From: Trichoplax adhaerens
Taxonomy: Eukaryota; Animalia; Placozoa
DNA: 64,000 bases
NCBI RefSeq assembly: GCF_000150275.1
Contig: NW_002060968.1
Location: 229,797 to 293,796 of the forward strand
Direction: 5' to 3'
Part shown: piece by piece, positions 45,200 to 63,170 of the stretch
Layout of the letters: every line of letters starts with the position of its first letter
Position numbering within the stretch: the stretch's first letter is position 1
Made by a program: the position numbers and the translations under genes
Notes under the pieces: model-generated
The model's input: the letters and a program-made list of their open reading frames with translations, nothing else
What the model was told of the DNA's origin: nothing
The model's database searches: none

Positions 45200-46935
45200 T
45201 TTCATGCATCTGTTGGAATCATACCATTCTACGAATCTTTTCTTATCTAATCATAAATGTTGCCACATCCGTCTACATGTTGCATTTATTTACCTTTAGT
45301 ACTCGCTTTGCAATATATTTCACAGACCCTAAATGTAATACTAACTTAGTTGAATCAATTTTAGGGTATTTTTGTACTGATCAAAGTATTGAGAGATTTA
45401 CCTACCCTGAGAAACATCATCAAACTTGTTGATGGCCTTAAAAAAACGTTATGGAACAATTGACAGTGTTGTAATTTAGATTAAGATTGTTTACTCTATT
45501 TATTAGTTAGTATCGATCAACGATTACAGACTCTCTAGTATTAGAAGATTCCATGATTACAACCTTTATGAAAGAATCGAAGAAATTGTCTGTTAAATTG
45601 AAAATTCCGAGAGACCTCCTATCTGATCATTTAACCACATCATAAAAATTAAATTATTATGATAGCCCATTAACTCATGATACGTATGTACTGTAAGTGT
45701 AAGTCAGAAATTAAGATAATGATGGAAGTAAATTAATATTTTATTATTTTATGTATTAATAGTACCGTAGTGGTTTTACTAATATTAAAAATGTTGATTA
45801 GGGAAAAGAAATCGTACAAATGTGCTGATTAATATTCCATCAAGAAATAACTTCATCGAAGAAATGTCTTCAGAATTGATTTTGATAATTACCGTATTTG
45901 ACATTTCTCTATAGATGACACTCTTTTATTTTATAAGTACCAGGATGATGCACGATGCTTTACTAATTTGAAACTTCTCGTCATTTGTCAAAGATGCGTG
46001 CTCGTTTCAAGATTGCTGTGCTCTAGCTTAATTTTTATGACTGTCAATCATCGATGTTAATTATCCTTACATAGCTGCCCAAATGTTATATTAACTGGTT
46101 TTCTATCCTGGTCGATTACAACAATATCAATGGTATGAATGATATTAAATAGTGTAATAACATATAAATAATATTTCCAAATAGGAATAGACAATGTGAT
46201 CCATGATATAGTAGATGCTATTGACTTCCAGTGTTAGTTCAGTTTTCATAGCAGCTATCATCAACACTTATAATCTTGCTGTTTAGACTCTGTCTGATTT
46301 TGCATAAAACTTTCATAAATTACGATTGTATGATTCAATTTCGGTGTTCAATCTTCAGGTGGATCGATATTATTACTAATTAGGGTCTTTCAGTAGAAGA
46401 ATTTCTAAAAATATGTAAGATCTCGCTTACTTCACTTCACTTCAATTTGATCAGTTTGCTAGAATTTGCAAAACACCATCTTATCTCACAACAAGAATAG
46501 CCGAAGTTGTTTACGTCCTTTTCCAGTTCTTTTAACTTTCAGAACTAATAACCTGATTACCACCAAAGCAACGTCAGTTTCTTCGAACAGACAGATGGTT
46601 TCGTCCTCATTTTTGTTTAGTAAATGGCCTACCTACGCTAATTTGATTTTTAAACTATTCTGTCGCTTTAAACGCGTTTCGTGTTATCATATTTGGAAGT
46701 CAATTTTTGCCACGTTCAAAATATTGAAGTGATCAGATTTACCAACTTCTTAATATCTTTCACAAAGTATAATGTCAGTTTCACCAGAGGCGTGCTTAAT
46801 CTCTATACATGCACTCATAATAGATGTTGTATCAGCTATTTCATGATTAGCAACAACGATTTGGTGAAATCATTGCAGCATTTGACTAGCAGTAATAATT
46901 CATTTTAAGCTAATAAATATTCTTTATCATTGATA
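45200..46935 (-). pseudogene. Decayed Roc-COR exon (third paralog)
   Basis: The minus strand from 46935 reads INDKEYLLA*NELLLLVKCCNDFTK/IVVANHEIADTTSIM, versus intact INDKEYIKAYNEALQDGQCRNDFTKIIFAGPESVGKTTIM. About 46150-46035 reads LFNIIHTIDIVVIDQDRKPVNITF/AAM*G*LTSMIDSH, versus VFNITRDFDDFVIDREGNPTNMTYRYAMQEWLTSIIGSH. It has stops, frameshifts and a destroyed P-loop. The left boundary is approximate. Confidence 0.8.
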
Positions 46936-47496
46936 ATTAATGTTACAAAACACAGGTAAAGTTATTAAACAGGAACACTATAACGAATATCATGATATTA
47001 TCTAGACAAACATTTTATACGTATTTACTAGTAGCTTGCAGTACTCCGAGTATGTAGCAATTCTTAAGTAATTTTTTGGTTAGTAATGTTAGTACAAAAT
47101 TAATTATTACATATTGAGCAGTAAATATTGATAATTACTTATGCAGGATTAGTAACCTCTACATAATATTTAGACTGTATTAAGAAATTAGTATCTGTAT
47201 TATTAACTATTCTATCAAACCATGTATTCCGGTATGATGTTAATATCATATAGATGTTGTGCAATCACATATTACACTCAATGGTTGATATAGAAATTAC
47301 TAATGAAAAATTATGTTACTAAATTACTGTTGATGGTATTAAAATAGGGTATAAAAGTCGCGAAAATGTGCAAATGACTTTTAAGTTTTTGATTAACCAC
47401 AGACACAATTAATAATAGGTACTGTAATCAATTTTTGTTAAAAAATATAACAATTGTAGTGAAAAATGCTTTATAATATAGTAATATGTACCAATT

Positions 47497-50400
47497 CTAA
47501 GTAGAACTAATAGCCAAAACAATATCATTTCGACCTATTCGTTCTAAAGCTGCCTTAAGTTGATCAACATTAACATTTGGAAAATTTCTGTCATACCAAG
47601 TATCCAAAAATTTCATAGCTCGGTCGAAAATTCTATTATCTTGTTCTTTGATAACATCAACATCAATAGATCGATCTAATCTTGCAGCTAATCTCGTCCA
47701 ATCGAGACCGATTCTATTTGCAATTTGGAAGAAGTGATACTTGGAGTCTGTAGCATTACATTAACATTGTAAATAAATTACAATGAAAATAATGAAGCAA
47801 GGATATAGTTAAGTGAAACTTGTAATGATTTTAAAGTTATGATTTGTCAATACAAGAGCTTTGTTATATTTATCGATTACGAACTAGTAAATTTAGAATT
47901 GAACTGATGTACATTAAACACAAAAAATAGCCGGAAGCATGTGCAGACTGGTTGGCTAATGTTGCTACTGTTTTTGTTAAAGATGAAAATATTAAATAAC
48001 TTGTACTTTCTAATTTATTTCGATAGTTAAATTCATCTTAATGAAGTTCTAACTTTGTTTTTGTCTACTTTAAGATATAAACACGGGCACATCTATATCA
48101 GCTAGACGTTTATTACATATATCTTACACTCACCTTTTCTACTTGCCATTCTTTTCTTTTTATCAGCATTTCGATCATGTGTCAATTCTGATTTACACGA
48201 TCCTTTACGTTTTCCAAAGCGATTGATATCTGGTCTTTCTGCGAAATAATTATAGGACAGTTTTGTTACCTTGTCAGCTACGACAATTATTATTATTTAA
48301 AGAGATTACGCAGTTAATTTGAAGAGTAAATGCCGTAATCGATACTGTTAGAAAATAGATACTATTAACAAGATCGCGAATTCATCACTAAAGCAAGTAA
48401 ATGTTATACTTATTGGAACATGGTATAATTTACTTTTATTTACTTTATTGCTAATTTACTTGACAAATACACTATTTAAATTGAGATGCATTTTAGCTTC
48501 TTCATCAAGTAATATCTAGTCTATATCTTTACCCACCGTATGTATTTGTTAATCTTTCCTTTCTAAGAAGCATCCAGTCACGTGTAGGCTTCGATTTAAA
48601 AAATTTCTCACATAAAACACAACGAATAATATCTACACTATCCGCGAAATAACTATCCACTATTTCTGTCATCTTACTACATTCATTACATCTAACATAA
48701 AATCTGCTTTGTGCTGATTTAAACTTTGGCATTCTTTCATTAATTGTCTCGTTTAGTTTATCTCTAATTATTATATGTGGTTGTATCTTACTAATCCAAC
48801 TACCGATATTATTCTCAATCCTAGACGCAATTTCTTTCGGATATTTCTGATAGCAATAGAGTAAGCTAATACGAGATTCTTCTTTCTTAACAACAATCTG
48901 ACATTGATAATCAGGTATGTAGTATTTAGCACATCGATAATAAACTTTTACTCTTGAGTTATTCCACACTTTTAAACAAGCCGATAAAAGGCAATAAAAT
49001 ATACCGTCAGGAATATACGGTATAACTTTTTCGTCGTATCCAATGTATAGCCAATCTGATACACGATAATCTGTTAGATCTAACGTACCAACAGATGAAT
49101 TAAGTAGATAAGGTATAAAATATTGCTGGTGACATTCTTTGTTATCAAGACTATCATGTTGATCCTCAATTTTACAGATAATATTATAACTATCCATTAA
49201 TTGTAACACGAAATCTTTCTCTTTCTTTTTCAATTCGAAATCTACTACAATATTATCAATGTACGCTTCAGATATTTTTCCAGTCTGATAAGCTTGATTA
49301 TAAGATTCTCTTACATTAGCACTCTTATATTCGCGTTTATCGAGTTTAATAATCGATCGAAATATATTGAGTAGCCAATCGAGATTAGTTACAATCATTT
49401 CTTCTACGCCTTTTTTACGACAATATACAATATCGCCTATATCATGTAAGTATAATAACATACTACGCAATTTCTCATCGTTTTCATATAACTCGCAATC
49501 TATAGCTAACTGCTTTACTTCTTCCAATGTCATAATATTATGAATTCTATTAATAATACGATTAAACTGTGTTGTTGATGCGGCTTGTCTGCTTATGTCA
49601 TTAACTGATGTATGCAATATAGATGCCATAATATACCATCGAATCGGAATCGATTTTTTCATAAAAGGTAAACTAGACACGATTCGCTTTATTAATTCAT
49701 GTAACTGTAACGTAGTCTGTCGACGTTGCTCGATAGCCGCTGAAGATTTATCATCGGGATCGCAATGAAATATGATGTCTGAAAAGCATATATTAGATTT
49801 ATAGATAGGCATTGTTGCAATAATAGAATTCTCAAACGTCTTAAATCTACGTTGACGCTCTTGACAATCTTGTATTCGATCGCCATGAGATGCTACTAAG
49901 ATGACAACTGGTAAAGAATATTGTTGCAATTTACCATCAATTTCTACTTGGACAGTCTCATCGCCATCATGGCTACCAATAATCGATGTAAGCCATTCTT
50001 GCATAGCATATCGATAAGTCATATTAGTTGGGTTTCCTTCTCTATCAATAACAAAGTCATCGAAATCACGAGTAATATTAAAAACTAAAATATAGATACT
50101 ATTTCCAGATAGAAATGGACGATGCGTAACATGATAGACAGCTTGACCTCCGAAATCGACTAATTTACCATATTGATTATCGTCATCTACTATTTCGCCT
50201 TTCATATCGATTATAGATCGCATAAAATCTTCGTACATTAAGATTTTGTGGATTTTTTGTGTTATTGAGACAGTAGATACAAGAGTATCGATAGCCATAG
50301 GTCGATTATCGCTAATTACCGACTTTATTTTATCAGTGCTAATAAATGTGTCTGTTTCTATCGTCTGTATTTGACGATCTACTTTACTAACTTGGATATC

Positions 50401-53400
50401 TGGGTTGATATTAGGTACAATATTCAGTTTTGTCTTGAATTTTTGTATAGCTGCTAACACTTTCCTATACAATACTATCTGAAAGTGATAAATCTTCTTG
50501 TCTAAGATATTGTATACAATAAGATTAACATATCTTCCGGTGTCGTCGATAATCTCAGTTTGGCTTACGCTAATAATTATTCCTTGATTTGTAAATACGT
50601 TCATAATAGTCGTTTTACCCACACTTTCAGGACCGGCAAAGATAATTTTAGTAAAATCATTACGACATTGTCCATCTTGCAGCGCTTCATTATAAGCTTT
50701 AATGTATTCTTTATCATTGATAGCTAAATTAATATTAATTGATCAAATTATTAACCACGATAGAAATATTTCCCAAAGTATAGTATTATTATGACCTATA
50801 AACCGTAAATAGTAATAAAAGTAGAGAGAGAGAGTGTAGTTAAAATTTCCTCACCTTCAGTATATGTGGAATTTTCACTTTTCAAATCCGTGTTTTCAAT
50901 CTTGAGACTACCATCTATTTAATAATTAATTAGTGAATGTAAATAAAATCTTGCGACTCACATCATTCAATAAATTAATTAATGCAGCATTTACCCTGTA
51001 AAATTTTCATCACATAACTCGATAATAATGGATTCGATTGGGCTTTCAGTAAGATATCGTTAAGATTCTTTGTTATTTTGTATAGTTTTAGATTAAAGAG
51101 GCTGGTTATTAATATTACCAAGTGGTTTTGGGATAGATTTTTCTTAAGCCAAAAATGCAGTATTTTGATGGCTAAAACCGAACTAGGACTTGGATGATGA
51201 CATTGCTCGATATATTGGATATCATCATTAGAAATGCCTAAATCGATTGATAAGTTTATCCACTTGTCTCCAATTTCGTTCGCAATAGTCGAATAACATT
51301 TCTCTATAGTGGAAGTTACAACATAATCCAAAATGGGTATTACGGTAATGTTAAATAGTATATGTGATATAAATATATTTATTTACGGATTGAGTTTGTG
51401 TAGATCAGTAGTCGATTACTACATATTATGAATGCTATTAATTTTCACAAATGTTTACTGTTAATTATTATCATTAGACTTTGGTATTAATTTACAGTAT
51501 TATAAATGTTACTGATAATGCCTTTCGATCAATTTTACTATTAATTACTAACCGTTAAAAATTTCTATTGCCTCTTTTTCTTTGTTGATATCCACATTAG
51601 TCGAGTTATCTCCAGCTTTCTTGTCATTTTGTTCAAATTCTACTGTAATACATATTTGAAATTTTAAGCAAATTACTCCAACATATATATATTTCAGACT
51701 ATGAAATACGAACATATGCATGGTTGTTTTACTTGTGTATCATTTCGAACATATAAATGATAGCTGACGACTTGAAAATAGTAATATTGCTGTTATATCA
51801 TTACTATAACTCACTACTATACATTTATCAAGATGGTATTGACTTGAATTTTATTTCAAGATCATCCATTTTTACTGGCAAGAATTATTTTAAGTCTTAT
51901 ATTTTGGTATGAATGATTTAATAAACAGAGCTACATCATTATATTTTACAACGTTACATCGATATTCAATATATTGTATAGACTACCATAACCTTGATTA
52001 TTACTTTGCCTCGAGTGCTGTCCTTGGTATTTCAAATCTAGAGATAAAGATAAAGTATTATATCATAGTTCGAGCAACATATTAGAATAGTCTGACAGTT
52101 CTATTTCCAGACAAGATTTCTACTGATATTGTGCTACATTAACGTTCATTTTTTTGAATAACAAGTATTGTTAGCCAACTAGCTGGTAATATTTGATGTA
52201 AGTTATTTTCTGTGTCGGGTATGGTCTAAATTACTTGGATTTGTTTCGTTTAAGTGATATGGTGTATAACTTAATAATAAAAAATACATTGGAGAAGAAA
52301 ATTGTATTATAGATATTTTCCTAGTCTTTGCCCATGCTATTCTTATCTTGAATAATAATTATTTAAAACATGAACAGTTACAGTTACAGATGGAATCATA
52401 CTGACTCATTTTGTGTAAATGTCGATTTCTGCAACGTGATATTGCTTTAGTGTTTGTAGTATTGGAATGAAATCTCTTTATTATATTGAGTAAAGGGTGG
52501 AGTTCTAACAAAATTATTTCTTCTGTATGCAACAGTCTAAAAATAGTAGAATTTATTGCAATGTAATGATATTATGATACAAAAAATTGTATGGCTACTT
52601 GGAGTTAAACATAACGTTCATTGGCGAAAATATTCCACTAACTTATGTGTGTTGGATTTATTGCTGGTTAAATGAGCTATTTTAATTTATTAGTTGATCA
52701 GTAATATTGATGTCTAGTTACAAAAGAATAATTAGAAGATACAAGTTCTAATTTTAAATTACCAATAAGAAAATGAACGTACATTATTTGTACTAGACGA
52801 AGTTTTATTGGAAATATTTTCCCCCTTTATACTATTGACTTATAGGTCAGAAAGAAATCTACAGTATGCAAGAACACAAACCAATTTGCAATATTAAAAT
52901 TGTTTGGCTCGTAAATTGTTGATGTAGGGCGGCATTAACTTGTTGTATGGAAATATTACAAAGTATGTAGCATAATTCCTAATTGTATTATGAAAAGTAT
53001 AACAGGAATTGTTCTGTATAAAAATTGAATAAATGAATGATAGTTCTCTTGTTAACCCAAATATTATACTTGCCTGGATTAATCTATTTAAAAAAATTGA
53101 TTTCTTGTGTTGTACTCATGAGTCGCTAATTTAGCATGAGATTATTTGTGACCTATTCTAATAACTATAGTAACGGCTGCTGACAGAAGGCAAGTATATG
53201 AACGTAGCCTCTTAATTAGTTGGAATTATCGATTCTACTTATTGCTTAATCATTTGTCGTATTTCTATTTACTTCCGTATAGGTAGCTTTGGTCCAAGAC
53301 CATATCGCGTTTTGATAAACTGATTTCAATACTTTTATAATGCTGCAACAATCAGTAATAAAATATTTCTATCGTTACTCTGTTTTTACTATTAATTAGC

Positions 53401-55960
53401 CAATCGATTTAATGTGATATAAATAAAGCATTAAGTTTTATCGACTTGTCTACTCGAAGAAACTATGCTTAAAAATTATACTAGTACTTTAAATAAAATT
53501 ATTGAAATGGATTGATTATTCGTTTAATTTTGATGCATTAACAAGATTGAGCAAATAAGTTGGCTAGAACGATTATTCTACTAGTGAATTGAATTTTAAT
53601 GATGCGTAAACTTACTATGGCGCTGTGTGTTATCTTTTATTCCCGTTTGACTTTCTTGGCTATTTTCTTTATCTGGTGAAAATAGAAGGTGAATATGTAT
53701 TAAATAGATGATAAATGGCTAGATTAGAGCTTAAAATCTAGTAATCACCTGGTGATGTTGTGGAATCATGAACTACTGTTTGATTGACTACATGTTCTTG
53801 TAAGGGCTGATGAATAACTTTGGCTGTTTCTGATGTAACAGTTCCTTTCTCATTTTCGTGTAGTTGATTATTACATTCAGCAATTTGTTTGGCAACATGG
53901 AGGATTTGAGGGTGATTTTCTTCATAGACGTTGTGTAGGGAATCGATGGACTTTCGATAGAGTGAAATTGCTTGATGATAATTAGACTGTCGATGATCAA
54001 CTTGAGCTAGTTTTTCATAGCATTTGGCTGTATGAAGATGATTCTCACCTAGTGTTGCCAAAAGGACTTGCAATGACTTGCTATACATAAATCGAGCATC
54101 ATCGTATTTGCTTTGTTCAATATAGAGACTTCCAATGTTGATATATATTAAAGCAGTAGTTGGGTGATTGTTACCAAATTTTGTTAGATAAATCTTTAGT
54201 GATTTTTTTAACATTGATAGAGCATCTGTATGCTTATGTTGACTCTCATAGATTGCTGCAATGTTGTTATATGTTACTGCAATATTTGGATGATTGTCAT
54301 TAGATTGCGTTAATTGAATCTTCAGTGATTTGTTATATAGTAATAGAGCATCTTCAGACTTTCCTTGGCGATAATAAGCAGTGGCAATGTTGGCATATGT
54401 TGAAGCAATGCTTGGATGATTGTCGCCAAGTCGTGCTAATTCAATCTTGAGTGTTTTGTTATACATTAATAGAGCATCATTATATTTGCCTTGGTATTGA
54501 TAGACAGTTCCAATGCTGCCATACGTATTAGCAAGATCGGGACGATTACTATCATGTTGTGCTAGTTGAATCTTGAGTGATTTGTTCAGCATTGATAGAG
54601 CATCATTATACTTGCCTTGACCACTATAAATATCTCCAATTCTTTTATATGTAAAAGCAATACGAGGATGATTGCCACCAAGTTGTGATAATTGAATCTT
54701 GAGGGATTTGTTCAACATTGATAGAGCATCATCGTATTTGCTTTGCTTAGCATAGACACTTGCGATATTGCTACATGATATAGCAATGTCGGGATGATCA
54801 TCACCAAGTTGTGCTAGTTTAATCTTGAGTGATTTGTTAAACATTAATAAAGCGTCATTATGCTTGCCTTGTTTATAATAGATACTTGCAATATTGGAAT
54901 AGATTGCAGCATTTGAATGATTGCCATTAGGGTGTGCTACTGCAATCTGTAGTGATTTGTCGAACATTAAAAGAGCATCATCGAATTTGCCTTGCTGATA
55001 GTAGACACTTCCAATATTGCAATAGGTATTAGCAATTTCTGGATGATTGTCATCGCCTTGCATTAATTTAATCTTCAATGATTTCTTGTACATTGACAGG
55101 GCATCATTATGTTTGCCTTGATGCAGATAAACAACTCCAATGCTATTATACCTATTAGCAACATCAGGATGATTTTCACCAAGTTGTTCTATTTTAATCT
55201 TCAGCGATGCGTAATACATTGATAGAGCGTTATTATACTTGCCTTGATGACTGTAAGTATCGCCAAAGTTGCGGTATGTTAGAGCAAGACTTGGATGATT
55301 GTCACCAAGATGTACTAGTTGAATCTTTAGAGATTTATTAAGCATTGATAAAGCCTCATCGTGCTTGCTTTGAAGATTATAGGTTCTTGCAATGCTATCG
55401 TATGTTTGAGCAATATTTAGATGATCGTCACCAAATATTACTAATTGCATCTTTAACGATTTGTTAAACATTGATAGAGCCTCATCATGCTTTCTTTGAT
55501 CATTATAGACATCTCCAATTGCACGATAGGACTTACTTATAATGCTATGTTCATTTCCGAAGCATTTTAGTCTCATTTTAAGTGCTTTATTAATATCAAT
55601 CAAAGCTCCACTGTAATCGCCTTGTATCCGTTTAATAAGCCCCTGATTATTTAAACATGTTGAAATTTTCACTTCATCTTGTAGTTGCTTAGCTAATTCC
55701 TCTGCTTTTCTGTTCCATTTATCGGCTTTTACCAATTCATGTTGATGTAAATAACAATAAGTTATGTTGAGATAAATACTACATTCAAGTTGCTGATAAT
55801 CATTATCACTACTCTTGGATATCCATTGAATTTTAGTTACAGCTTCTATGAAATAGGATAGCGCTTGTTCATAGTTTTCTTCATCTCGAGATTTCTCACC
55901 ATTTTGATTCATGGATTTGATTTCGTCGAGGACAGTTGAATTAGTAGATAAACTAGTCAT
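47497..55960 (-). CDS. Roco gene B: TPR array (3 cap + 13 repeats) - death domain - Roc - COR - basic linker - death domain, ~1765 aa
   Basis: Exons 55960-53749, 52037-51993, 51642-51553, 51303-50995, 50914-50855, 50723-48537, 48277-48134 and 47747-47497 sit at splice positions homologous to gene A, with an open frame of 5298 nt. Terminal death domain DSKYHFFQIANRIGLDWTRLAARL...LKAALERIGRNDIVLAISST*. Confidence 0.85.
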
Positions 55961-56442
55961 ACTTCAGTCTATAGCAAGATTAAAAGCGTATAGCTTGATG
56001 AAATAGACAGCGATGCACTACTGAAGAGATTATACTTTTGATAGCTGCTCAAATGATAGAGTTCACATGCATTGCATCGCATGCAGGTTTAAAAGAAAAT
56101 AACATAACGTACTGTAATAAGAGAATAGGAATGAATGTTTTCTTTCACGATGGTCTCATTTGAACTACAAATAATGTTTAAATTTGTTATTATCCAAGTG
56201 GGGAATAATTATAACATTATTGGCGATTATGCATTCATCATATCATCAAGAATTACCAAGAATAATTAACGTTGTTGAAGAAATATTGTATATTCTCTGT
56301 TGTGCAGTAATCATTATCGGGGAAAATTGGTGCAAGACTATAGAAACGAGAGCGGCATAATTAAGTCAGATCGCTAAAATAAAGTAGAAAAAGTAGAAAG
56401 TGTGTAACGTTATACGGTTATTGAAAACAAGATAGGAATTAT

Positions 56443-56850
56443 TCGATAGAGTAAGATTGCTTGGTGATAATTAGACTGTCGGCGATAGACTGCGGCTAGT
56501 TTTTGATGACATTGCTTAATATAAGGATGATTCTCACCTAATATTGCTAAATAAACTTGCAATGCCTAGTATTAGATGGAAAGAGGATCATTGAATTTTC
56601 TGTGTCTGTAACAAGTTAATCCACTATTGACATACGTTCCAGCAATATTTGGATGATTGTTGCCAAATGCTGCTTGATAAATCTTGAATGATTTGTTATA
56701 CATTGATACAGTAGAGTGTCTTTACACTTGCCTTTTTTTCTGATAGATAGTTGCAATATTGTTGTATATTATAGCAATAATTGGATGGTTGTCACCAAGT
56801 TGCACTATTTCTAGCTGTAATGATTTGTTATGCATTGATAGATCGTCATC
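56443..56850 (-). pseudogene. Decayed TPR-array fragment (~3 repeats)
   Basis: Aligns by eye to the last repeats of gene A (~41525-41930), e.g. TTAGACTGTCGGCGA(C/T)AGACTGCGGCTAGTTTTTGAT, CAATATTTGGATGATT and ACACTTGCCTTTT. It has indels and stops and no start or flanking exons. Confidence 0.85.
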
Positions 56851-58255
56851 ACTTATGTAGCAATTTATTCTATCTTTAAACGTTCAATTCTTCTTTTTGA
56901 TATCATTCATCACTCCTTGTCTTATACCGAACATCAAATCCATCGGTTGCTTGAACATAAAGTACTTCTTAGAAATTCTGTAAAATGATGTAACATGTGC
57001 AGGCAAATTTGTTCAATACCAGCACATTATCATTGCTATAGAAGCAAGTCTAACAAGAGCAAAAGAGACAAACACAAATTCATAATTATAAATAGATTAT
57101 CTTATGTATGTTTTATTAACTAATTTGTTAATACACGGGCTTCTGTAAAACAGGTACACATTTAAAATTTTTATATTTAGCAACAAAATTTACTTCGTTA
57201 TCAAGTCAAGGCCAAACTCTTTATCATAGAGACATATGTAAACAATTGGTCGAGCTATCATAGAATAGATGTATTATTATATTTATACTCAATACGTACT
57301 ATGTAATAAAGAAAGTATGAATATTAGCCTGTTTACTTTTAAGCGTGGACAACCGTGCATAATCATTTTAAGAAATGAGCTTAACAACAGCAGGATGATA
57401 GCTTTCCATTCTGACTTGGGAAGTATTGGATAAAATAGACTAAGCTGAAAACATGGAATATAAATGATACAATATGAATGAACACTTTGTTGAAGACCAT
57501 CGTAGATATTGATACAGTAGTTAATATCATTACAGACACAAGGTTAATGATAAGGCATTGCTAATTAATTTATATAAAATTAAAAAGTTGACATTTATCA
57601 GAACTTTCCCTGACCGCTCAAGGTATTTCGCAGCAGTATTCGAAATAGAACCATAATGACTGCTATGAGCGTAAATAATGATACAATACTGCTAGTATTA
57701 TATTTACAGCATGATATGGTAGCAGACACAAAAAAATAGAGTGTTACTATAGCGTACTCAATGTCTATTCTGGTCAATAATTGTGCTGACGATAAGTTTA
57801 CAAATCGGTAAGCGGAGATTGCATGGAATACACAAAGACGTAATAGCATCTGCAGTCTCTTCCCGTACTGTCTATGCAATCGATTACAGAACCAGCTAAT
57901 TCTTTATATATAATTTTAAAACCAAAATAGTATCTTTTTTCCTATGACTTGCTACATCATTCCGTGCTGGGGTACAGTATTATATCACTCGATGATAATT
58001 TAGTAAAGATACACCGATAGCTAGCTATCTCGAATGTAGAATTTGATGCCGGAATACAATAAACAATTTTATGTACAATACAATTATTATTATTGTTATG
58101 AGTTGTAAGCTGCTGCTACATAATCTTACTGTAATAAATGATATCTACAGCATCAACTGTTGAAGACGACAATCAGAACATTTATTCTGATGTGAGAAAT
58201 TTAAGTTATCGTTATCTATTTACATTTTTAATGTATAATGTTATCATGATGGGTT

Positions 58256-63041
<4,786 letters not shown>

Positions 63042-63057
63042 CTTAAGGACTTTCTAA

Positions 63058-63170
63058 CGGCCACACCTGTATACAAGACCGTCATGCTTTGCGCTACGGC
63101 ACACCTTCCACAGTGGTTGCCATAGCGACCAACGTCTGGAGTAGACGCTGTAGGCTCATTGGGTGAAAAA
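63058..63170. promoter_or_regulatory. Putative KLF proximal promoter: RFX X-box-like site, CCAAT box, CACCC-like sites
   Basis: GTTGCCATAGCGAC at 63116-63129 is one mismatch from GTTGCCATAGCAAC. Minus-strand CACCCAAT at ~63158-63165. GGCCACACCT at 63059-63068. All lie within 130 bp of the proposed ATG in a locally GC-richer patch. Confidence 0.5.
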
